Source: Oikopleura dioica (Eukaryota; Animalia; Chordata). From it: a stretch of 64,000 nt of DNA. Where the stretch lies: the NCBI GenBank assembly GCA_907165135.1, contig OU015566.1, forward strand, positions 4,650,001 through 4,714,000. Reading direction: 5' to 3'. This document shows positions 1-8,194 of this stretch, piece after piece. The notes under the pieces are model-generated. The model was not told the DNA's origin and searched no databases. It worked only from the letters and a program-made list of their open reading frames with translations. The position numbers and the translations under genes are program-made. Numbering within the stretch: position 1 is the stretch's first letter; each line of letters begins with the position of its first letter.

Positions 1-500
1 AAAAAATCTTTTGTTTAGCGATCGAAAGCTCTGTTTTTGCAAGTTCCATTCTCTATTTTGTAAATAATTTTGAGTGATGTGTTGAGCCTGCTGACCTTTA
101 TATGGGCTTTGCAGTTTATGCGCGAGTAACTTGAGAAACATCGCTCTGCAAATATTTCCGGTTCTAGTTGGATTAGATTGTATATTCCATCCGGGCATTT
201 TTCTCACGGCTCGCTTTCAACTCAAGAATTATCCCTGAAAATTGTAGACCAAAGACACCGCGGGTAATCTTTTACTTCCTACAATGCCTTCGGTCTCCTA
301 CTGTGACAAATGCGACGCCCTCTTACGGAAGTAGATGCTCATTTATCCTGCAACTGCAACCCAAATAACAAGATTACAAAATGCTTCAATAGCTCTTACT
401 GCTCTTTACAGGACACTCTTCCTGTCACTTCATCTTTAAGCTTGTTACTTATATAATGACCAATAAATGACATTTTTGAAAGTTTTTTATTACAGTGAGA

Positions 501-1790
501 TTACAGAACTTCCTTTTCGACAGTGCCATGCTCATCGATCGTTATTTTAACTGAATGGCACGACCACATGACCAAAGTTTGAGCTTCCGTAGTTGGTTCT
601 TTGAAATCAAGGACGAGATTCATCCAACCTTGAGTTTCTTCTGTTCCAGAAAACTCGTGAGCAAATATGGACGATTTCTTGAATTGCTCAAGGGATAAGG
701 TGTTTGGTGAAGTCGACGAGACAAGCTTGTCCATGACATCCATCAGTCGAAAATATGGCCAAATCGGAAGTTGGTTAGTTATTCGCTAAAATAGAATTTT
801 TAATAAAATTCAAAAAATTCTTTCTACCATTGGATATCCAAGGCAAGACTGTCCATTTAATGTGAGATTGATGTTTTGCAAGTCTTGATGGAATCCAAAT
901 GCTGTCGTTTCCTTATCAATAGCACCCTGGAAGGATTTCGTATTAGTAAGCCCGAAAAAAAGAACCGCGGGTGTATTCCCTCCTTTGATATTGTGGAGAG
1001 TCAGATTCCCAGTTTTCTCAGGAATGTCTCTAGTTGAAACGGTGATTTCTTGATATTTGTACGAGATAGGCTTTGATTTTATTCGTGTAAAATAGTTTCG
1101 GATCGACGGGCTCGATACATATTCACAAACAGCATAGCAATCCTTTATCTCAAGAGGCTTGCCCTTATGGGTGGCTTGTTCAGGGGTCGAACCGATGTAA
1201 ACGGTAGAAAACTCTGATCGTAGACGGTTGAATTTAAGTTTCATTGTTGTGTTTAGTGGCAGAGGTTTATTATCCAAGCAAAATCCATTACTCGGAAAGA
1301 AAACAAGCTCATATACGTAGTGATCTCCGTCGCGAAAGCATTGCGGTCGACGAATCTGTTTGAGAACCTCTTTATCAGGTTGCGTCAAGTAGTCATAGAC
1401 TTCATGATCATAATAACCCTCAATCTGATAAGCTGATGAGACGTAGTCGCGGTTAAAGTTTCCGAATTTTGTCATGTAATCAGCAAGAAAATATTCGCAG
1501 CTAAATAAGAATTAATTTCGTCAGTCTCTTTCACGACAGCCTTACGTTGTTTTTGAGCTCGAAATGAGTTGGGAATTAATTTCAACTTCCATGACTCCAA
1601 ATTGCTTAGCGGCAAATCCATTACTTGGTATGTAATCTTCATGTAAAGATACAGACATATGAATCGCAATTTTATTTTTTAGGAGAAACAAATTCGGGTC
1701 ACTTTCAAATTCAAAAGTAAGAATTTCCGAAGACTGAAGATCTTTCGGAAAATGTTTCTTTAAAATGCGTTGGTCGTAAGCTTCATCCAT
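501..1790 (-). CDS. Polinton major capsid protein (double jelly-roll type), 3 exons, 400 aa: join(1790..1546,1500..828,785..501)
   Basis: ORFs 1542-1865, 810-1475 and 501-743 fuse in frame after removing GT-AG introns 1545..1501 (45 nt, phase 2) and 827..786 (42 nt, phase 0). Motifs LTFEFESDPNLFL, PLPLNTTMKLKFNR, PAVLFFGL, NINLTLNG and VKITIDEHGTV resemble Polinton PY/MCP. Confidence 0.85.
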
Positions 1791-1824
1791 TTTTCTAAAT
1801 AGAGAAATAAACTTAAAAACGTAT

Positions 1825-2244
1825 TCACCAAATTTTGTTGAGCTCAGAAAAAAGAATTTCGTCATTAACAGAAAGTTTGCGAGAAAATTTAGAAAGTGTT
1901 GCAGAAAAAGAATGAGATTGACGGTACAGAATAAAGAAGCATGAGTACAGCCCGCAGAGAAAAGATTTGGTTGGCTGTATTTTACGAATTTTTCGAATGG
2001 GCTTGGATGAGAGATATGATTTGATACTGTCAGGATAATTTCTGAGGTTGAGACTGTCGTAAACTTCGATCAAATTTTCGTCTTCTCGGATAGCGAGCCA
2101 GTGTGTTCCTTTTTGAGTTGACTTATCTGTGTTTAAAACAAAAAATGAAGGAAAGGAAGAGCACTTAGGGATCTCGTCACTTGGAAAAGATCCGATAAAA
2201 GTTTCGACACGTTGAAGACGTTTCACAATGAGATACTCACTCAT
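1825..2244 (-). CDS. Adenain-like cysteine (maturation) protease
   Basis: LNTD..GTHWLA (His), YDSL (Asp), IQ....FLCGLY (Gln/Cys). Probable start MSEYL at 2244 overlaps the upstream stop (ATGA). Confidence 0.9.
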   Translation of the reverse strand: MSEYLIVKRLQRVETFIGSFPSDEIPKCSSFPSFFVLNTDKSTQKGTHWLAIREDENLIEVYDSLNLRNYPDSIKSYLSSKPIRKIRKIQPTKSFLCGLYSCFFILYRQSHSFSATLSKFSRKLSVNDEILFSELNKIW

Positions 2245-2441
2245 CGTCTTCTCCTTTTGGATCGCTTCCTTGATTTTTTCGAACCGCCTATTTTTCGTGG
2301 GTTCCTTTTTTTCTTTGTTGATTTCTTGATTCCGGTTGACATTTTTGGAGACCATTTTCGCTTTTTTTTTCCCTCACCACTTTGTTGAGAAGGACACCAG
2401 ATTTTGCTTCTCGATTGAAGCGCTTTATTGATCTTCGCCAT
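2241..2441 (-). CDS. Small Lys/Arg-rich protein, 66 aa; candidate DNA-condensing core protein
   Basis: Fills the penton-protease gap exactly, overlapping both neighbours. Ends KKSRKRSKRRRR and contains IGG. Confidence 0.55.
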   Translation of the reverse strand: MAKINKALQSRSKIWCPSQQSGEGKKKRKWSPKMSTGIKKSTKKKRNPRKIGGSKKSRKRSKRRRR

Positions 2442-2802
2442 TCGATTCTCTGATAAGAATTTGGAGAAAAATATCAGAAAATTTAATTTGTCCTTTCTTC
2501 ACTTTGACTTCGAAGTAAGTGGCACCGAGTTCATTTGTTCGCAGAGGAAAGAAGAGTACTTTATAGCCTGAGGACATTCTGAATCCTTTATTGCCAGTGA
2601 GTGTCATCAACAAAGTGTACGGGTTCGGACCAGGCATTGCTTTGACTCCGTTGTAGACAAGTTCTATGAGCGAATAATTGAGTTGCTCTGTTTCAACGGT
2701 TGCACATAAGGAAGTGACCGCTATTTCATAGTTCTTGTTTTCATCTAACACGATATCCGGAAGTTTTATCTTCGGTTCAATTGCGTAAAGACTCAAAATC
2801 AT
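2425..2802 (-). CDS. Putative minor capsid protein (penton, single jelly-roll), 125 aa
   Basis: Beta-rich; N-terminal NYEIAVTSL and C-terminal FFPL...IKF..IFLQILIRE resemble Polinton PX/penton. Genomic position is consistent. Confidence 0.6.
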   Translation of the reverse strand: MILSLYAIEPKIKLPDIVLDENKNYEIAVTSLCATVETEQLNYSLIELVYNGVKAMPGPNPYTLLMTLTGNKGFRMSSGYKVLFFPLRTNELGATYFEVKVKKGQIKFSDIFLQILIRESNGEDQ

Positions 2803-3925
2803 CAGCGATCTTGTTTAATTCGTAATAGTACTTGATTCCTTCTTGTCGATTTCCTTCCAAGTCGGCAATTTTATACCAGACAACTCCTGCTATTTGCCTC
2901 ACGTCAATTATTTTGTAAAGATCTGATGACCAGTTTTGTTTGTAACCTTTATCGAAAATCTCTTTGTTGATTTTAATTCTGACAATATTTCCGATTTTAA
3001 GTCTCGGAGCTGCAACGTCGTCGATGTCCGGATAAAGACTGGCGAAAACTTCCTTGCGGTTTGACTCGTTAACATCCTCAGGCGCCATTTTTATCGACGA
3101 ATGGGGCGTTGAATTGTATCCCTTGATGATTTTTTTCAGGTAATCTATCCATCGTTTCGTCTTGTTTTTCCTCAGACATTTTTCAATTCGCCCCTTTATT
3201 GTCCGAATGGCACGCTCAGCAATGGATGCTTTTAGTTTTGTTTTGATACTATAATGATGTATTCCGTATCGCTCCAAGATCGACTTGACCTTGTCATTGT
3301 AAAATTCTTTTCCTTCGTCAGTTATCAAAGAGTTTGGCCAAGTGTCGAAATCTTGAAATATATCATTTAGACAGTTTGCGGTGGTAGTTTTTTCTTTATT
3401 TTTCATCGGTCTTGCCCAGATATATTTTGTGAAACAGTCGATGACCAATAGAATGAAGGAATTACCTCCGTTATTAAAGGAGTCCTTCTGATATTCAATA
3501 AGATCAGCCATAAAAATCTGCTTGGGATATTTGACAATAATTCTCCGCCGAGGAAATTTCTTTTTGACGATGCGTCTATGAGTACTGTGTATTTTATTCT
3601 GACGAAGAAAATCCGCTATTTTCGCTGTAAAAGCTGGAGGATTTTCGACGTTTTCGTACAATTCTTTCACCGTCAGAGTCTGACTCTTCTGAAGTGGAGG
3701 AGTCGGTTTCTGAGGAAGAACTTTCGTATTTTCTACGTTTTTTTGACTTTCTTTTTGTTCGACGTTTTTTCTTCCTTGATTTCGAGATTCTTTTTGTTCT
3801 CTTTCTTTGTTTTTCGATCGGTTCTTCAGCCGAGCTGCTCGAGTCATCGGTAAAGCTGTCGATTTCTTCCGAGGGTTCTCTCTTGCGAGATTTTTCTTGG
3901 CAATTTTGTTTGATCTGGTCTTCAT
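2777..3925 (-). CDS. Retroviral-like (rve) integrase of Polinton type; start probably at ATG 3925
   Basis: DDE triad IFMADL / LITDEGKEF / KASIAERAIRTIK. C-terminal IGNIVRI..FDKGY..NWS. No chromodomain seen. Confidence 0.92.
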   Translation of the reverse strand: MKTRSNKIAKKNLARENPRKKSTALPMTRAARLKNRSKNKEREQKESRNQGRKNVEQKESQKNVENTKVLPQKPTPPLQKSQTLTVKELYENVENPPAFTAKIADFLRQNKIHSTHRRIVKKKFPRRRIIVKYPKQIFMADLIEYQKDSFNNGGNSFILLVIDCFTKYIWARPMKNKEKTTTANCLNDIFQDFDTWPNSLITDEGKEFYNDKVKSILERYGIHHYSIKTKLKASIAERAIRTIKGRIEKCLRKNKTKRWIDYLKKIIKGYNSTPHSSIKMAPEDVNESNRKEVFASLYPDIDDVAAPRLKIGNIVRIKINKEIFDKGYKQNWSSDLYKIIDVRQIAGVVWYKIADLEGNRQEGIKYYYELNKIADDFESLRN

Positions 3926-4675
3926 TTTTAAGTTCGCTTCAAATTTACGCGATTTCTCTTCAATTTCGAAAAATCGCGAAAAATCAGTTTCGTTAACAAC
4001 GTAACCTTTCATTCCGTCGACTGAGAAAACAACTGGATACTCGCTAAATATATCGGTATAAAACCGATAGCTCGAGGCAAAAGCTCGTGGAGACTGGTCG
4101 ATTAAAAAGTACGGATATTGTTCATATTGGGTGTCAGATTCTGCCGCAGCAAGCGCTTTAGAAAGACCAAGTTGCTGGCAGACACGTTTGTTGATTCTTG
4201 TGTCGACATAATTTCTCAGTAAAATCGTGATATTACACTGATTTCGTATATCACGGGTAAATTTACCAGATGTAAAATTATTCTGTGTCATTATCATCAC
4301 GTTCAGCATATGTTTTCCGCTAGTGACTCTGAAGAGATGATCCACAGCGGTACTTTCAACTGCTCCATCGTAATTATCATCAATAACAATTGTCGTATCT
4401 TCATCCATATCCTCGATATCTTCCTGAGAAGGAATGCCAATTCGATAAGACACTGGGATCTTTAAAGTGTTCTCCCAATTCACGGGACGCTGCTTTATAA
4501 AACATGGATAGTAATAGATGACTCGCTTTGCTTTTCGTTCAAATAAATCGGTTCTCTCAAGAATTTTTCCGGCAAGATACGTCTTTCCGCTTCCGGATGC
4601 GCCACTTAGCAAAATTCTGTATGGATAAGCGAATTTTGTTTTTGGGATTATGTCTCCATTTACAGACAAACTCAT
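3594..4675 (-). CDS. A32/FtsK-like packaging ATPase, copy 1. Appears fused to the integrase in the ORF track because of a 5-A run at 3925-3929
   Basis: Walker A GASGSGKT, Walker B IVIDD, MIMTQN..RDIRNQ motif. The basic/Ser-acidic tail frame ends at TAA 3596-3594. Confidence 0.85.
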
Positions 4676-4754
4676 TTTTGTTATAATTTTAGAGAACTCA
4701 CTTGAATTTATACTTTTTAAAAATGACCTAAGGCATTTTTTGAAATTCGTTTAT

Positions 4755-5324
4755 CTTGAAATATATCATTTAGACAGTTTGCGGTGGTAGTTTTTTCTTT
4801 ATTTTTCATCGGTCTTGCCCAGATATATTTTGTGAAACAGTCGATGACCAATAGAATGAAGGAATTACCTCCGTTATTAAAGGAGTCCTTCTGATATTCA
4901 ATAAGATCAGCCATAAAAATCTGCTTGGGATATTTGACAATAATTCTCCGCCGAGGAAATTTCTTTTGACGATGCGTCTATGAGTACTGTGTATTTTATT
5001 CTGACGAAGAAAATCCGCTATTTTCGCTGTAAAAGCTGGAGGATTTTCGACGTTTTCGTACAATTCTTTCACCGTCAGAGTCTGACTCTTCTGAAGTGGA
5101 GGAGTCGGTTTCTGAGGAAGAACTTTCGTATTTTCTACGTTTTTGACTTTCTTTTTGTTCGACGTTTTTCTTCCTTGATTTCGAGATTCTTTTTGTTCTC
5201 TTTCTTTGTTTTTCGATCGGTTCTTCAGCCGAGCTGCTCGAGTCATCGGTAAAGCTGTCGATTTCTTCCGAGGGTTCTCTCTTGCGAGATTTTTCTTGGC
5301 AATTTTGTTTGATCTGGTCTTCAT
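4755..5324 (-). pseudogene. Truncated, frameshifted integrase N-terminus in the duplicate copy
   Basis: Matches the copy-1 integrase up to CLNDIFQD and then meets the duplication junction. Homopolymer frameshifts are present. Confidence 0.85.
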
Positions 5325-6075
5325 TTTTTAAGTTCGCTTCAAATTTACGCGATTTCTCTTCAATTTCGAAAAATCGCGAAAAATCAGTTTCGTTAACAAC
5401 GTAACCTTTCATTCCGTCGACTGAGAAAACAACTGGATACTCGCTAAATATATCGGTATAAAACCGATAGCTCGAGGCAAAAGCTCGTGGAGACTGGTCG
5501 ATTAAAAAGTACGGATATTGTTCATATTGGGTGTCAGATTCTGCCGCAGCAAGCGCTTTAGAAAGACCAAGTTGCTGGCAGACACGTTTGTTGATTCTTG
5601 TGTCGACATAATTTCTCAGTAAAATCGTGATATTACACTGATTTCGTATATCACGGGTAAATTTACCAGATGTAAAATTATTCTGTGTCATTATCATCAC
5701 GTTCAGCATATGTTTTCCGCTAGTGACTCTGAAGAGATGATCCACAGCGGTACTTTCAACTGCTCCATCGTAATTATCATCAATAACAATTGTCGTATCT
5801 TCATCCATATCCTCGATATCTTCCTGAGAAGGAATGCCAATTCGATAAGACACTGGGATCTTTAAAGTGTTCTCCCAATTCACGGGACGCTGCTTTATAA
5901 AACATGGATAGTAATAGATGACTCGCTTTGCTTTTCGTTCAAATAAATCGGTTCTCTCAAGAATTTTTCCGGCAAGATACGTCTTTCCGCTTCCGGATGC
6001 GCCACTTAGCAAAATTCTGTATGGATAAGCGAATTTTGTTTTTGGGATTATGTCTCCATTTACAGACAAACTCAT
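4996..6075 (-). CDS. Packaging ATPase, copy 2, reading into a basic/Ser-acidic tail
   Basis: Same first ~250 aa as copy 1. A 6-A run at 5324-5329 puts it in the tail frame. Confidence 0.8.
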   Translation of the reverse strand: MSLSVNGDIIPKTKFAYPYRILLSGASGSGKTYLAGKILERTDLFERKAKRVIYYYPCFIKQRPVNWENTLKIPVSYRIGIPSQEDIEDMDEDTTIVIDDNYDGAVESTAVDHLFRVTSGKHMLNVMIMTQNNFTSGKFTRDIRNQCNITILLRNYVDTRINKRVCQQLGLSKALAAAESDTQYEQYPYFLIDQSPRAFASSYRFYTDIFSEYPVVFSVDGMKGYVVNETDFSRFFEIEEKSRKFEANLKNEDQIKQNCQEKSRKREPSEEIDSFTDDSSSSAEEPIEKQRKRTKRISKSRKKNVEQKESQKRRKYESSSSETDSSTSEESDSDGERIVRKRRKSSSFYSENSGFSSSE

Positions 6076-6347
6076 TTTTGTTATAATTTTAGAGAACTCA
6101 CTTGAATTTATACTTTTTAAAAATGACCTAAGGCATTTTTTTTTTGAAATTCGTTTATTAAATCCCTGATTTGCAGTGGGTTTCAGCGAAGTTAAGCATC
6201 ATTTTAAGAACAGTATATCGTCAATAATTTTTGAATAAATTGTCTTCGTTTGATGATATCGGTATCGTTTCTTGTGATGATTACGCCTTCATTTTATGAT
6301 TTCCTCATTTTGTGAAGAGTGATCCCCGCCGCCAAGCTAAGTAAGAG

Positions 6348-6440
6348 CACGTGACCAAAAGATGTCGCTAATACGTTCTCGGTATGAGCTCACGTGTCCT
6401 ACTTAGAAACTAGGCAACCTCAGCGTGAAGTCAGCACGTG
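6348..6440. promoter_or_regulatory. Three CACGTG E-boxes upstream of the ATPase-integrase-capsid block
   Basis: CACGTG at 6348, 6391 and 6435, in a gap between ORFs. Confidence 0.4.
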
Positions 6441-6460
6441 GCTCCCTCTTTTGGATCAGT

Positions 6461-6767
6461 TCAGCTTAAAACGCTGGCAACAAGAATGTCCATCACCAAC
6501 TTTTGAAATGAATCAAAATATATTTGAATTTTTTCTTTTTCCAAATCCTTAAAATGAGTCAATAGGGACTTACAGTGATCGACGAATACTAGCAGTTTTT
6601 GTGAAATAATGCGATAAAATGACAACCAGAGAAGATAAAAATACTGCAAAGAAAACGGCCTTTTTATAAAATGCTGCCTGATATTTATTAATTGTCATTG
6701 TCATTGGCTTTAATAAAACGAAAAGAGAATTGAGTTGGTAGTTTATTTTTTGACAGTTGATTGGCAC
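6461..6767 (-). CDS. Two small overlapping hydrophobic ORFs (6570-6767 and 6461-6649), possible viral membrane proteins
   Basis: AVFFAVFLSSLVVILSHYF is transmembrane-like. Both ORFs are co-oriented and overlap neighbours like other genes of the element. No family recognised. Confidence 0.3.
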
Positions 6768-7180
6768 AATGGACAGTTATTTTTTTGTTCGAGCCATCTT
6801 TTTATACAGGAAAGGTGAAATTCATGTTGGCAGGAGGGGATCGTCCCAATAAGAGTGTTTTCCATTTTCTCCAAGCAGATTGGACAGGGATCGGTATGTC
6901 TTGCGATACTTTGTGACAGAGCGGCGCAGCGCTGCTCAACTTCTTCAGAAGGAGCGCGTCTTGGCCAAATTAACGGAGGAACGATTCGCCCGTCTGGGGT
7001 GATGTAGATTCCAGAACGTCGTCTCGGATCTCCTGGTGAAGGAAAAGTTGACGCAATGAATTGATCTTTTCCAAATACAAAGTTCCGCTCGACAAACTCG
7101 CTTCCACATCTGATGCAACAATATGGACGGCAGATAAAATTGCTGTCGGACCCGCATGCAATACATGAATAAAGCGGCAT
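6743..7180 (-). CDS. RING-H2 E3 ubiquitin ligase with N-terminal zinc ribbon (RNF115/RNF126-like architecture), intronless, 145 aa
   Basis: CIAC..CCIRCGSEFVE, then CPIC..C.HEFH..CI..W..CPLC. Confidence 0.85.
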   Translation of the reverse strand: MPLYSCIACGSDSNFICRPYCCIRCGSEFVERNFVFGKDQFIASTFPSPGDPRRRSGIYITPDGRIVPPLIWPRRAPSEEVEQRCAALSQSIARHTDPCPICLEKMENTLIGTIPSCQHEFHLSCIKRWLEQKNNCPLCQSTVKK

Positions 7181-7331
7181 TCTTAAAATTTCTAAGGGTG
7201 TATTTGGTTACTAGCAAGAAAGAGAAAATTGGTTATCAGAATATGACAGTAAGTAAGTAGAGAGAGTAAGAAAGTAGCTGGGAATCACCAGGAAAAGTCG
7301 CAAAGAAAGGCAAAAAGCATTACTGAAAAAG

Positions 7332-8043
7332 TTACTGAAAGAAACCAGCGAAGAGATGTCTGTTCTCTCTTATGTCCACACCATGGTAGCGGAATCGTAT
7401 GTTGCAAGTAACACATTTTTTCTTCAGCGTTTTTGTTTTCTCCACGCAAGATGCGCAATAGTAATGGCGGCATGGCATCTATTAAAGGGTTAATCATAAG
7501 CGTATTTTTTTGACGAACAGGTAATAGTCAAAGAAGGCAAAATGACTCTATTTTTAATATAAGAAGAAAACATAGTTATCATTTCGCCGTCTTTGAAAAT
7601 CACAGCTTCAATTTTATCTCTCATAGTATGAATAACCCTACCTCTAAAGTCGGACCTTTCTCGAGACAAATAAGACAGGTATTTTTCTCTTCGTCGGTTA
7701 TTTCCTGTTCTCGAGCCATTCGCAAATCGGCTTTCCGAATAATTGAGCCGGAAGGTTCAGCCCAATGATATTCTAATGGTCCCCAGTCGCGAAAAGCTCT
7801 GTGAAAATCGCGTATGTAGACTTTTTTCCTTGTAACGAGAGCATGTTTTAGAAGTTGCTCCCATTCCAAAGGGGAGAAGGGTCGATAGAAGTGATCTCCA
7901 CACTTGTCGCAGCAATCTTCAACATCGAGAATGGGACCTTCCGCGGGGAATCTTTTTGAAAGAAGTCGAGTCTCTGTATCGCAAGCCATGCAGTAGATAT
8001 GAGCATGGCGAGTTGTCACAACATATTTTTCTTTAAGAGCCAT
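7332..8043 (-). CDS. RING-HC E3 ligase with N-terminal zinc ribbon, 2 exons, 182 aa: join(8043..7642,7478..7332)
   Basis: CLIC in exon 1. After the GT-AG intron 7641..7479, exon 2 reads MPCRHYYCASC...KCVTC and completes C3HC4 in frame. Confidence 0.85.
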
Positions 8044-8194
8044 TTTTTTCGAACTGATATTTTTTTGACAGTGAGAGTACTTATATATCTTCAGCGAGGT
8101 TCTCAAGCGTAAATTTTTATAGAGCAGAACATCCGACCTAATTCTACAACCTTAATCCAATTTCTTGTCAAGAGATAAAAACGACCAGCCAGTC

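Larger units (their letters stand above)
3352..6158. repeat. Direct tandem duplication of about 1.40 kb (3352-4754 and 4755-6158)
   Basis: Junction cgttt-at-cttgaa at 4753-4754 with 2-nt microhomology. The differences noticed between copies are homopolymer lengths. Confidence 0.95.

Noticed and set aside
810-1865. Capsid fragments as a frameshifted pseudogene
   Set aside because: Both breaks are bounded by GT-AG, have host-typical intron length and restore the frame exactly.
2245-2355. N-terminal extension of the protease ORF
   Set aside because: It overlaps the basic ORF in another frame. The ATG at 2244 with ATGA coupling is the more plausible start.
2777-4675. 632-aa ORF taken at face value as a novel ATPase-integrase fusion
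   Set aside because: It depends on one homopolymer base that differs in the duplicate copy, so it is reported as unresolved rather than as a fusion.
3578-5252. Plus-strand Phe-rich ORFs (3578, 3694, 3807, 4980)
   Set aside because: Antisense shadows of the A-rich ATPase/integrase overlap.
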